Positions 45,769 to 54,658 of a stretch of DNA of 64,000 nt are shown here, piece by piece. The notes below the pieces were generated by a model. It saw only the letters and a list, made by a program, of their open reading frames with translations. It had not been told where the DNA came from and made no database searches. Within the stretch, counting starts at the first letter, position 1. Every line of letters starts with the position of its first letter. The translations under genes were made by a program, and so were the position numbers. The stretch comes from Bacteroidales bacterium (lineage in GTDB: Bacteria > Bacteroidota > Bacteroidia > Bacteroidales > WCHB1-69), in the NCBI GenBank assembly GCA_017650305.1, contig JAGCFD010000052.1, positions 21,096 to 85,095 of the forward strand, in the 5' to 3' direction.

Positions 45769-46668
45769 ATGTACAAGTTAACTCATTTGAAAGAATTGGA
45801 ATCCGAGTCCATCTATGTTTTACGGGAGGTGGCGGCGCAATTTGAGCGACCGGCCATCCTCTTCTCTGGTGGCAAGGATTCCATCGTGGTCACCTATTTG
45901 GCCTACAAGGCGTTCTATCCCGCCAAGATTCCGTTCCCGCTGTTGCACATCGACACGGGTCACAACTTCCAGGAGACCCTCGACTACCGCGACGCGCTCG
46001 TGGAGAAGTTAGGGGCGCAGTTGGTTGTCGGCTCGGTGCAGGAGAGCATCGACAAGGGGCGCGTGAAGGAGGAGAAAGGCTATAATGCTAGTCGTAACCG
46101 CTTGCAGACCACCACATTGTTGGATACTATCGAGGAATACAAATTCGACGCCTGCATCGGAGGCGCGCGTCGCGACGAGGAGAAGGCCCGCGCCAAAGAG
46201 CGTTTCTTCTCGCATCGCGACGAGTTCGGACAGTGGAACCCCAAAAACCAGCGGCCGGAACTGTGGAACATATTTAACGGACGCAAGAACATGGGCGAGC
46301 ACTTCCGCGTGTTCCCCATCAGCAACTGGACTGAGATGGATGTCTGGCAGTACATCTACGCCGAGAAGATTCCGCTGCCGTCGCTTTACTTCACGCACGA
46401 GCGGCGCTGCTTTCTCCGTGATGGCCAATGGCTGGCTGCCGAGCCCTGCATGATGCTGAAACCCACTGAGGAGGTGGTCACTCGCCGCGTGCGCTGCCGC
46501 ACCATCGGCGACATCACCTGCACTGGACTCACCATCTCCGAGGCCAACTCCTTAGAAGACATCATCGCCGAGATCGCCGCCACCCGCATCACGGAACGCG
46601 GAGGCCGTGCCGATGACAAACGCAGTGAGACAGCCATGGAGGACCGGAAGAAGGAAGGGTACTTTTAG
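45769..46668 (+). CDS. cysD: sulfate adenylyltransferase subunit 2
   Basis: 299 aa. PP-loop FSGGKDS. Conserved CysD C-terminus RMEDRKKEGYF-like. Confidence 0.92.
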   Translation: MYKLTHLKELESESIYVLREVAAQFERPAILFSGGKDSIVVTYLAYKAFYPAKIPFPLLHIDTGHNFQETLDYRDALVEKLGAQLVVGSVQESIDKGRVKEEKGYNASRNRLQTTTLLDTIEEYKFDACIGGARRDEEKARAKERFFSHRDEFGQWNPKNQRPELWNIFNGRKNMGEHFRVFPISNWTEMDVWQYIYAEKIPLPSLYFTHERRCFLRDGQWLAAEPCMMLKPTEEVVTRRVRCRTIGDITCTGLTISEANSLEDIIAEIAATRITERGGRADDKRSETAMEDRKKEGYF

Positions 46669-46700
46669 TTAGAAGTTTGTAGTTAGAAGTTAGTAGTATG
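46666..46700. repeat. 35-nt heptad module tagttag aagtttg tagttag aagttag tagtatg
   Basis: The first 3 nt are the cysD stop and the last 3 nt are the cysN ATG. Near-identical to the module at 34310-34344. Confidence 0.85.
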
Positions 46701-47987
46701 AATAATGGATATTTAGATATGGAGCTGTTGCGGTTTACGACCGCGGGCAGCGTGGATGACGGCAAAAGCACGCTCATCGGAAGATTATTATACGACAGCA
46801 AGTCGATTTTCGAGGACCAGCTGGAGGCAGTGGAACAGGCATCGAGGAGCCGCGGCAACGAAGAGGTGAACCTTGCGCTGCTTACCGACGGACTGCGGGC
46901 AGAGCGCGAGCAGGGCATCACCATTGATGTGGCCTATCGCTACTTTGCCACCCCCAAGCGCAAGTTCATCATCGCGGACACCCCTGGCCACATCCAGTAC
47001 ACCCGCAACATGGTGACGGGTGCTTCCACCGCCGACCTCGCCATCATCCTCATTGACGCGCGCAACGGCGTTGTGGAGCAGACGGTGCGCCACTCTTACA
47101 TCGCCTCGTTGCTTGGCATTCCTTTTATTGCTGTGTGCATCAACAAGATGGACTTGGTCGATTTCTCTGAGCAGGTCTTCAAGGACATCCAGCAGCGCTA
47201 CGAGGAGATGGCCGCCAAGATCGGCATCCACGCCTCGCTGCTCTTCATCCCGATCTCGGCCAAGTATGGCGATAATGTGGTGGAGACTTCCCAAAACATG
47301 CCTTGGTACACCGGTGGCCCGCTGATGCACTTGTTGGAGACAGTCTCTATTGACCACAAAATGGGCGACGAAACAGAGCCGTTGCGGTTCCCGGTGCAAT
47401 ACGTTGTTCGACCCATCTCCGACAAGTTCCCCGACTACCGCGCCTACGCGGGACGACTCTCCGGCGGTGTGTTGCGCAAGGGCGACACCGTGCGTGTGCT
47501 CCCCTCCGGATTGACGAGTAAGGTGAAAGCCATCATGCAGGCCGACAAGGAATTGGATATGGCGCACACCCCAGAATCCGTCTCCATTCTGTTAGAGGAC
47601 GACATTGACATCAGCCGGGGCGACATGCTTGTAAATGCAGAAGGACCGCAACCGACGATTTCCCAGCAACTCAAAATGCACTGCTGTTGGTTCAACGAAA
47701 CGGAGATGCAGTTGCGCAAACGCTACATCCTCCGCACCGCTGTGTCGGAAACTGTCGCGATGGTGCAAGCGGTGGATTACAAGGTGGATGTCAGCACTTT
47801 GGAGCACGTAGAGGGAGTGACGTCGTTGAAGATGAACGACATTGCCTGTATTACAGTCAAGACAGCCAATCCTATAGTGGTTGACAGGTATGCTGAGAAT
47901 CGTGTCACAGGCTCTGTAATCTTCATTGACCCCGACAGCTTCGAGACGGTGGGGGCGGGGATGATAGCCATGAACAATGTACAATGA
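46698..47987 (+). CDS. cysN: sulfate adenylyltransferase subunit 1 (GTPase), no APS-kinase fusion
   Basis: 429 aa. G1 GSVDDGKST, G3 DTPGH, G4 NKMD. Confidence 0.92.
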   Translation: MNNGYLDMELLRFTTAGSVDDGKSTLIGRLLYDSKSIFEDQLEAVEQASRSRGNEEVNLALLTDGLRAEREQGITIDVAYRYFATPKRKFIIADTPGHIQYTRNMVTGASTADLAIILIDARNGVVEQTVRHSYIASLLGIPFIAVCINKMDLVDFSEQVFKDIQQRYEEMAAKIGIHASLLFIPISAKYGDNVVETSQNMPWYTGGPLMHLLETVSIDHKMGDETEPLRFPVQYVVRPISDKFPDYRAYAGRLSGGVLRKGDTVRVLPSGLTSKVKAIMQADKELDMAHTPESVSILLEDDIDISRGDMLVNAEGPQPTISQQLKMHCCWFNETEMQLRKRYILRTAVSETVAMVQAVDYKVDVSTLEHVEGVTSLKMNDIACITVKTANPIVVDRYAENRVTGSVIFIDPDSFETVGAGMIAMNNVQ

Positions 47988-48000
47988 ACAATGTAGAATT

Positions 48001-48714
48001 ATGAGATATTTCAAAGACGATATTGAAGCATTGAATGTGCGTTTTGCGGAGACCGCTCCGGAAGAACTGCTGCAACATTTTTATGAGATTTATGGCGACA
48101 GGATTGCCTTGTCGTCCAGTCTGAGCATTGAGGACCAGACCCTAACGGACATGCTGATGAAAGTCGGTCCGGAAGCGAGGGTTTTCACACTCGACACGGG
48201 CCGTCTTTTCCCGGAGACCTACCAACTCATCGATAAGACCAATTTGCATTACGGCATCCACATGGAGGTCTTCAGTCCGCAAACGGAGTCGTTGCAGCGA
48301 TTTGTGCGAGAGCAAGGCATCAACCCCTTCTACGAAAGCATTGAGAAACGGCACGCCTGTTGCCATGTGCGCAAGCTCGAACCTCTCGGTCGTGCATTCC
48401 AAACGCTCGATGCCTGGATCTGCGGACTTCGCCGTGAACAGTCTGTCACCCGTACCAATATGCAGAAGATTGAATGGGATGAAAACCATAATGTGTTGAA
48501 AATCAATCCGCTCATCGACTGGACTGAAGCACAAGTGTGGGACTATGTGAAGACTCACCAGGTGCCGTACAACAAGCTGCACGACAAGGGTTACCCGAGC
48601 ATTGGGTGCGAGCCATGTACACGGGCCGTGAAGCCTGGCGAAGACATTCGCGCGGGCCGCTGGTGGTGGGAATCACCCGAGCACCGCGAGTGCGGGCTGC
48701 ATCAAAAGTCGTAA
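48001..48714 (+). CDS. cysH: phosphoadenosine/adenosine phosphosulfate reductase, Fe-S (APS reductase) type
   Basis: 237 aa from MRYFKDD. Catalytic ECGLH plus cysteine pairs ACCHVRKLEPL and SIGCEPCT. The track start at 47977 overlaps cysN. Confidence 0.85.
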   Translation: MRYFKDDIEALNVRFAETAPEELLQHFYEIYGDRIALSSSLSIEDQTLTDMLMKVGPEARVFTLDTGRLFPETYQLIDKTNLHYGIHMEVFSPQTESLQRFVREQGINPFYESIEKRHACCHVRKLEPLGRAFQTLDAWICGLRREQSVTRTNMQKIEWDENHNVLKINPLIDWTEAQVWDYVKTHQVPYNKLHDKGYPSIGCEPCTRAVKPGEDIRAGRWWWESPEHRECGLHQKS

Positions 48715-48772
48715 AGATGGAGGATGAGATTACTTTTTTGGGTCGATAAGGCTTGAGATAATAGAATATTTG

Positions 48773-48780
48773 TACTTTTG
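48773..48780 (+). promoter_or_regulatory. -7 promoter box TACTTTTG
   Basis: Lies 20 nt upstream of the ATG at 48801. Confidence 0.5.
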
Positions 48781-48800
48781 CCGTATAAAAATCAACCCTT

Positions 48801-50549
48801 ATGAATAAGCAGATCCTATTATTCTGTCTTCTCATCCTCTTCGCAATAGCTGGATCCGCCCAGACCGTCACCCTTACCTTTACAGGGCGTGACGGCGCGA
48901 ACAAACATGTGGAAATGAATTATGTGAGCGTCTCCAATGTCACCAAAGGCTGGCAGGTGCTTCTTCCCTGGCCTGACACGGTGCTGACGCTGCAGAACCA
49001 GACCGGCATTCATGACGTGGAAACCGCACAGGCCCTCTCCCTGCAAATGTCGCCCAACCCATTCGATGGCATCACAGACGTGGTCTTGTCGGTCCCCGAG
49101 GATGGGATTGTGCGTCTGGAAATTGCCGATATGAGCGGGAGGATGGTAGAGACGTTTCATGAAACGTCTCTGCAGCCGGGTGCACATCAGTTCCGTATAT
49201 CCCTGGCGTTCGCAGGCACTTATCTGCTGACCGCCCATCATAACGGACAATCCACGTCGCTGAAGATGGTGTGCCATGATGGCGGGAGCTCCAATACTAT
49301 CCAATACGTGGGCATTGCAGAGTCTTTTGATCCGATGCCGCTACCAACCAAATCCCAAAGCCGAGGTCTCATCACCCGGCCCTTTGATTTCGGCGACCAG
49401 ATGGAATTTGTGGGAGTCGCCACCATCAATGATGAGGAAGAGGAAAGCCAACCCATTGAGCAGCCTCTTTGGGAATCGCAGACATTTGTATTGCAGTTTT
49501 CAGCCATACAGCTGTACTTGCCAACCGTCATCACGGCAAACGTCACTGGCATCACGGATACCTCAGCTATCTGTGGGGGAGAGGTGACGGATGACGGGGG
49601 TGACACTGCGACGGTCCGTGGTGTTTGCATAAGCATTTCGCCCTCTCCAACGGTTTACGGACGACATACGGTGGAAGGTAGTGGCATGGGCCCTTTCACC
49701 AGTCATCTGTCCGGACTGATTTCCAACTTCACGTACTATGTGCGGGCATACGCCACCAACAGTTTGGGCACTGCATACGGGGAGGAGAAGTCTTTCACGA
49801 TCCCCATCAACCCGAATGGCGATGCTTGGTCATGTCCGGGCGCGCCATCGCTTGTCGACATTGACGGGAATGTGTATAATACCGTTCAGATAGGTCAGCA
49901 ATGCTGGATGCGCGAAAACTTGCGCACGACCCGGTATGCCGATGGAACGCCCGTCTTAGAGGGCGAAAGTGGCTCTACCACGATTGGGCATTGGTATTAT
50001 CCGATGAATGTATCCACCAACATGTACAACTATGGATTGCTGTACAACTGGTCGGCGGTGATGCGTGGCGCTGCCGGTAGCACGACGAATCCGAGCGGTG
50101 TGCAGGGCCTTTGTCCCAACGGCTGGCATGTGCCGAGTGATGCCGAATGCACGCAGCTTTTCAACTATCTGAAAAGCCAGAGCCAGTATTGGTGCGGCGG
50201 TGACAATAGCCAGATTGGAAGATCGCTGGCCGCCACGGTCGGCTGGGATGCGAGTGGCCTCCCGAGCCCCTGCGTGGTAGGCAATGACGATCTCTCCCAC
50301 AATAATGCTGCCAGGTTTGGCGCACTTCCGGCAGGGTTCTATGACAGTTCATCAACGATTACTATTGGAAGCGAATACGGTGGACTTGGATATGTTACCT
50401 TCTTTTGGACAGCCACGGGCACAAGTACCTCGTATGGCTATAACAATATCTATTACTGGGGACTTCATACAAACTATGCCCTTGTCATGCACAATGATTT
50501 ATATGACTCCGATGGCGAGGCACGATCCGTACGTTGTGTGAAGGACTGA
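48801..50549 (+). CDS. secreted protein with internal T9SS-CTD-like beta-sandwich and C-terminal FISUMP (Fibrobacter succinogenes major paralogous) domain
   Basis: 582 aa. Signal peptide. Residues about 70-155 read SPNPFDGITDVVLSVPEDGIVRLEIADMSGRMV..GTYLLTAHHNGQSTSLKMV. The C-terminus reads DGNVYNTVQIGQQCWMRENL..GLLYNWSA..CPNGWHVPSD..FGALPAGF..FWT..SVRCVKD. Confidence 0.75.
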   Translation: MNKQILLFCLLILFAIAGSAQTVTLTFTGRDGANKHVEMNYVSVSNVTKGWQVLLPWPDTVLTLQNQTGIHDVETAQALSLQMSPNPFDGITDVVLSVPEDGIVRLEIADMSGRMVETFHETSLQPGAHQFRISLAFAGTYLLTAHHNGQSTSLKMVCHDGGSSNTIQYVGIAESFDPMPLPTKSQSRGLITRPFDFGDQMEFVGVATINDEEEESQPIEQPLWESQTFVLQFSAIQLYLPTVITANVTGITDTSAICGGEVTDDGGDTATVRGVCISISPSPTVYGRHTVEGSGMGPFTSHLSGLISNFTYYVRAYATNSLGTAYGEEKSFTIPINPNGDAWSCPGAPSLVDIDGNVYNTVQIGQQCWMRENLRTTRYADGTPVLEGESGSTTIGHWYYPMNVSTNMYNYGLLYNWSAVMRGAAGSTTNPSGVQGLCPNGWHVPSDAECTQLFNYLKSQSQYWCGGDNSQIGRSLAATVGWDASGLPSPCVVGNDDLSHNNAARFGALPAGFYDSSSTITIGSEYGGLGYVTFFWTATGTSTSYGYNNIYYWGLHTNYALVMHNDLYDSDGEARSVRCVKD

Positions 50550-50597
50550 TGGAGGACATGTGATGATTAGCTTGAAGGTGTAAACCGAAAAAAATCG

Positions 50598-50605
50598 TAT
50601 CTTCG
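50598..50605 (+). promoter_or_regulatory. -7-like promoter box TATCTTCG (one mismatch)
   Basis: Lies 22 nt upstream of the ATG at 50628. Confidence 0.35.
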
Positions 50606-50627
50606 CAGCCCTAAATTTAGAGTAGAG

Positions 50628-52151
50628 ATGAATCCGATTTTCACCCTCGCTGACGTTGAAAAAATCGTTTACGGAGACAAGAAGATAGCCCTTTCCGACC
50701 TGCCGATGGACAAGGTGGCGGAGTGCTACGATTTTCTGAAGCAGTTCAGCGCAGACAAGATCATATACGGTATCAACACCGGCTTCGGGCCGATGGCGCA
50801 ATGGCGCATCGACGATGCCGACCTCACCGCTTTGCAATACAATATCATTCGCAGTCACTCCACGGGCGCGGGCGAGCCGCTGCCCGACGAGTGCGTGAAG
50901 GCCGCCATGGTGGCCCGCCTCGGCACCTTCCTGCAGGCCCGCTCCGGTGTGCATCCTGACCTCGTGAAGCTCTTGGTGGAGATGATCAACCGCGACATCC
51001 TCCCGATGATTCCTCGTCATGGCAGCGTGGGTGCAAGCGGCGACCTCGTGCAGCTGGCGCACCTCGCCCTCGCGATGATCGGGGAGGGGAGCGTCCACTA
51101 CCACGGCGAATGGCGGCCGGCAGCGGAAGTGCTGAAGGAGAATGGACTCGAGCCGTTCAAGATCCACATTCGCGAAGGACTCTCCATCACCAACGGCACC
51201 GGCGTGATGACCGGCGTGGCGATGATCAACCAGTTCCAGGCCGAGCAACTGCTCGACTGGGCCACACTCGCCGCCGTGATGATGAACGAGATCGCCGGCT
51301 CCTTCGACGACCTGATGGCTGAACCGCTCAACACGGTGCGCCGTCACGAGGGACAGCAGGTCATCGCCGCCCGCATGCGCACGCTCGCCCGCGACAGCCA
51401 GTGCCTGCAACAGCGCGAGCATCAGCTCTATGAGGGTGACCATACCGAAACGACCTTCGACCACAAAGTGCAGCCCTACTATTCGTTGCGTTGCGTGCCG
51501 CAGATCCTCGGTCCCATTTACGAGACCCTGGCCAACTGCCGCCGCGTGCTCGAAGAGGAACTTAACTCCGCCTGTGACAACCCCATCGTGGATCCCGAGA
51601 CCCGCAATGTCTATCACGGTGGCAACTTCCATGGCGACTACGTCTCTCTCGAACAGGACAAAGTCAAGATTGCAATGGTCCGTCTCGTGATGACCGCCGA
51701 GCGCCAGCTCAACTATCTCTTCCATGACCGTATCAATGGCATCTTGCCGCCGTTCCTCAACATGGGCAAATTAGGGCTCAACTACGGCATGCAGGCGTGC
51801 CAGTTTACGGCTACCTCCACCACCGCCGAGTGCCAGACGCTGGCCATGCCCAATTATGTGCACAGCATCCCAAACAACAATGACAACCAAGATGTTGTGA
51901 GCATGGGCACCAACACCGCATTGCTCACCCGCACGGTCATCGACAACGCTTGGCAGGTGCTCTCCATCCAGTATATCGCCCTTGCCCAAGCCGTTGACTG
52001 TCTGAATATTGCCGATAAACTCGCCCCCATTTCGAGACAGATATACAAACAAGTGCGCGAGATATGCCCCGCCTTCATTGAGGATACGCCGTTCTACGAG
52101 GACCTGCGGAATGTGGAGGCGTTACTTAGAAGACAACGCCTCGGCTTTTAA
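50628..52151 (+). CDS. aromatic amino acid ammonia-lyase (HAL/TAL family; flexirubin-type tyrosine ammonia-lyase-like)
   Basis: 507 aa. MIO-forming GASGDL. Motifs GINTGFGPMAQ, NIIRSHSTGAG and HSIPNNNDNQDVVSMGTN. From memory these closely resemble the Flavobacterium johnsoniae TAL. Confidence 0.8.
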   Translation: MNPIFTLADVEKIVYGDKKIALSDLPMDKVAECYDFLKQFSADKIIYGINTGFGPMAQWRIDDADLTALQYNIIRSHSTGAGEPLPDECVKAAMVARLGTFLQARSGVHPDLVKLLVEMINRDILPMIPRHGSVGASGDLVQLAHLALAMIGEGSVHYHGEWRPAAEVLKENGLEPFKIHIREGLSITNGTGVMTGVAMINQFQAEQLLDWATLAAVMMNEIAGSFDDLMAEPLNTVRRHEGQQVIAARMRTLARDSQCLQQREHQLYEGDHTETTFDHKVQPYYSLRCVPQILGPIYETLANCRRVLEEELNSACDNPIVDPETRNVYHGGNFHGDYVSLEQDKVKIAMVRLVMTAERQLNYLFHDRINGILPPFLNMGKLGLNYGMQACQFTATSTTAECQTLAMPNYVHSIPNNNDNQDVVSMGTNTALLTRTVIDNAWQVLSIQYIALAQAVDCLNIADKLAPISRQIYKQVREICPAFIEDTPFYEDLRNVEALLRRQRLGF

Positions 52152-52188
52152 CCAAGAACCTAAACCTTAAACCCTATACTCTAAAAAA
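52152..52188. repeat. heptad array ccaagaa cctaaac cttaaac cctatac tctaaaa
   Basis: Fills the entire spacer between the lyase stop (52149-51) and the reductase ATG (52189). Confidence 0.65.
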
Positions 52189-52917
52189 ATGAAATACGCA
52201 CTCATAACCGGAGGTTCCCGCGGCATCGGACGTGCCGTGGCCATGCGCCTCTCCCGCGACGGGATGCCCGTCATCATCAATTATGTAAGCAACGATGCAG
52301 CTGCCGAGGAGACCAAACAGATGGTCGAGGCTCAGGGCGGCACTTGCGAGCTGCTGAAGTTCGACATCGCTGACGCACAGGCCGTCGATGCAGCCTTGCA
52401 GCAGTGGGAGGAGTCGCACCCCGACGATTATATCTCCGTGCTGGTGAACAATGCCGGCACGCGCCGCGACAACCTGATGATCATGATGGATGAAGACGAC
52501 TGGCATAGCGTCATTGACACGCCGCTGAACGGCTTCTTCTACATCACCCGCCGGGTGGTGAAGACGATGTTGACCAAACGCGATGGCCGTATCATCAACA
52601 TGGCATCGCTTTCGGGATTGAAGGGCGTCCCCGGCCAGACTAACTACAGCGCTGCCAAGGCTGCCATCATCGGCGCGACCAAGGCGTTGGCACAGGAGGT
52701 GGCCAAGCGCAAAGTGACGGTCAACGCCGTGGCGCCGGGCTTCATCGCCACCGACATGACCGCCGAGCTGGATCAGGCTGCCCTCAGCAAGATGATCCCC
52801 GCACAGCGCTTCGGCACACCCGACGAGGTGGCCGCCGCCGTCGCATTCCTCGCCTCCCCGGAAGCCTCCTACATCACCGGGCAGGTAATCCAGGTGAACG
52901 GAGGACTATACAGTTAA
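52189..52917 (+). CDS. 3-oxoacyl-ACP reductase (FabG-family SDR)
   Basis: 242 aa. Motifs TGGSRGIGRA, NNAG and YSAAKAA (YxxxK). Confidence 0.9.
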   Translation: MKYALITGGSRGIGRAVAMRLSRDGMPVIINYVSNDAAAEETKQMVEAQGGTCELLKFDIADAQAVDAALQQWEESHPDDYISVLVNNAGTRRDNLMIMMDEDDWHSVIDTPLNGFFYITRRVVKTMLTKRDGRIINMASLSGLKGVPGQTNYSAAKAAIIGATKALAQEVAKRKVTVNAVAPGFIATDMTAELDQAALSKMIPAQRFGTPDEVAAAVAFLASPEASYITGQVIQVNGGLYS

Positions 52918-52966
52918 AAGTTGTCAGTTAAGAGTTGTCAGTTAGCAGTTCGCAGTTGGAAGGTGG
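52911..52966. repeat. heptad array of 8 units: cagttaa aagttgt cagttaa gagttgt cagttag cagttcg cagttgg aaggtgg
   Basis: The first unit supplies the reductase stop (AGT TAA). The phase was verified base by base. Confidence 0.85.
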
Positions 52967-53203
52967 GTGGCGAATAAAAAAAGGGGACTATATACTTGAT
53001 GGCACCTATGTGATGGTGAAAACAGAACCTCTTTTTTCGAGATTTCATTGCAATGAGCAATAACGTTCTTTGTTATAAGTATCAGTTTATTAGGTAATTA
53101 TAGTCTTTAACTTTTCTCTTCTATATAACTAGAATCCTTGTTATTTCTCATGTCCGTTTGAATATTTCAATGAGAACTTGATAGAAAAATTACAAAAGAT
53201 CAA

Positions 53204-53545
53204 GCCGACATGAAATCGCCCGCTCTGTCCGCCCTCTGACAGCGGCCATTCACGCCGCGTCCGCCTCGCCATGTCGGCATTCCCGCCCGCGTACTCCATG
53301 GCGAAATATTACCTTGATTCCACATTGCCTGTGCGCTGGTCGGTCGCCATGACGCTCGGACGCATCTGTGCGGGCTTGCGGTTCCCCGTAGGGGATACAG
53401 ATCTGTAGCCTGGGGTGAAGACGTGAGGTACGAACGCCTCACCCCAGGGGAAAGGCGTGTGCGTAAGATAGGTCGCGGCGCGGGTGAAACCTGCCATGAT
53501 GTTGGTAACATGCCCGCCGCGAAAGGGGAGACTGTGCCATCATGT
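53204..53545. ncRNA. candidate structured non-coding element (GC-rich island, family and strand unknown)
   Basis: About 340 bp that is visibly GC-rich, flanked by AT-rich ORF-free DNA. Strong helices: gccgacatg/catgtcggc (53204-12 / 53270-78), catggcga/tcgccatg (53297-304 / 53344-51), cctggggtga/tcaccccagg (53409-18 / 53439-48). The only ORFs are R/S/P/G/W-rich and look like composition artefacts. Confidence 0.35.
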
Positions 53546-53555
53546 ATATAATTAC

Positions 53556-53594
53556 CCCAAAAATAAACGGCGGAACGATTTGACCGTCCGCCGT
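53556..53594 (-). terminator. rho-independent terminator of the sigma/lipoprotein operon
   Basis: 8-bp stem acggcgga/tccgccgt (53567-74 / 53587-94), followed on the minus strand by TTTATTTTT. Confidence 0.7.
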
Positions 53595-53617
53595 CTGACA
53601 TGTGGAGTGCTCTGGTT

Positions 53618-53833
53618 TTATTTGCACTTGTAAACGGACATTCCCATGCCTTCTTCTTCGTTGAGCTTCTGCTCCATGGCTTTGCAGTCTTCTTTGCTCA
53701 TGCTCTCGTCCTCAAAGACGGGGAATGAGTTGGTGACATCAGTCTTCACATAGCAATGGCAACCTTTGCTGCATGATGTGGAGACGGCCGCCAGCATCAA
53801 AACTGCTGAAAACAAAACCAATACTTTTTTCAT
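53618..53833 (-). CDS. small Cys-rich lipoprotein (hypothetical)
   Basis: 71 aa. Lipobox AVSTSC. Four further cysteines (CHC .. C .. C) and an acidic C-terminal half. Confidence 0.6.
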   Translation of the reverse strand: MKKVLVLFSAVLMLAAVSTSCSKGCHCYVKTDVTNSFPVFEDESMSKEDCKAMEQKLNEEEGMGMSVYKCK

Positions 53834-53937
53834 ACAGGTTTTTCTAGACTTCTTGGTGATATAATCATGAATAACTGTGATTGTCTATGCGGAAGTCGAT
53901 AACACAGAGATATCTGCAGTCATCCGTTTTGAAATTA

Positions 53938-54648
53938 TCAGAATGACAATGTGATGGCAGCTCCGCAGGGCGCAGCTCTGAAACCCAGTTGTATGTTGGC
54001 TGTCGTGCCGTTGAAGTTCTGTGTGATATTGTTGAATCGCACTTTGCTTCGGATGGTTAGTATGGCCGCGGGCACGATGAAAGCGGTGGTGGCGAGCGCG
54101 CTGCCCGCGAATATGAATAATCCTCCCATGGCGCTGCGCCAGAGGTCCGGGCCCAAGCGGTCGCTTTCAAGGAGTTGATCTCTTAGTTTTGCCGTTTGGA
54201 AGAAGACGGCGCAGAATTGATAAAGCCCGATTCCAGCGAATGCGGCCGCACACCCGCCGGCCACAAAGAGCGGAATGCTGATGGCTGTATTCCGCTTGGC
54301 CTTACGATATTCAGCGTAATCGCTGGCAGAGAGCAGTCCTTTGAGCTCCGTGTCGTTAAGACGGAACAACTCACCGCCCACCCCGTTGATGTACATGGCA
54401 CCTCGCTGGTGATACAGCTTTCCGACACCCCGGTCTCTTTGGAGCGCTTGCAGGAGCTCCTCTTTGCTCTTTGGTATGGAACTGGAGGTGGAATCATAAA
54501 CATATAGCGTATCATAGACAACCTCTTCTTCGTAGATGTAGAGGGTGTCTGGACTGGTTTTAGGGTCGTCCACTTGGGCAAATGCGGTGACGGAGACGGC
54601 TGATAGCAGCCCTGTCACGATGAAACTGAAAAACATCTTTTTGAGCAT
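53938..54648 (-). CDS. hypothetical secreted/membrane protein (2 predicted TM helices)
   Basis: 236 aa from MLKKMFFSFIVTGLLSAVSVTAFAQ. The track ORF start at 54771 overlaps the upstream sigma gene and is unlikely. Confidence 0.55.
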   Translation of the reverse strand: MLKKMFFSFIVTGLLSAVSVTAFAQVDDPKTSPDTLYIYEEEVVYDTLYVYDSTSSSIPKSKEELLQALQRDRGVGKLYHQRGAMYINGVGGELFRLNDTELKGLLSASDYAEYRKAKRNTAISIPLFVAGGCAAAFAGIGLYQFCAVFFQTAKLRDQLLESDRLGPDLWRSAMGGLFIFAGSALATTAFIVPAAILTIRSKVRFNNITQNFNGTTANIQLGFRAAPCGAAITLSF

Positions 54649-54658
54649 GGTGTAGGAT

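Noticed and set aside
53445-53515. Partial resemblance to the RNase P RNA conserved region. GGGGAAAGGCGTGTGCGTAAGA..GGTAACA resembles GGTGAAAGGGTGCGGTAAGAGC..GGTAACA of type A RNase P.
   Set aside because: Neither strand contains the universally conserved GAGGAAAGTCCGGGC (P4 5' strand) or ACAGAA..CGGCTTA (P4 3' strand) elements, nor the AGATGAATG region. The similarity is confined to about 25 nt.
53478-53540. Possible cobalamin riboswitch core (GGTGAAACCTGCC .. GCCCGCC .. ACTGTG).
   Set aside because: The spacing is wrong: there is a 12-nt insert between CCCGCC and ACTGT. No separate B12 box is present, and no downstream gene on either strand could be regulated.
53200-53601. 133-aa minus-strand ORF (plus two overlapping 62-aa ORFs) inside the GC-rich island.
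   Set aside because: The sequence is Arg/Ser/Pro/Gly/Trp-rich with no hydrophobic core pattern. It overlaps ORFs in other frames and has no promoter or start context. It reads through a terminator hairpin. It is most likely a composition artefact of a non-coding element.
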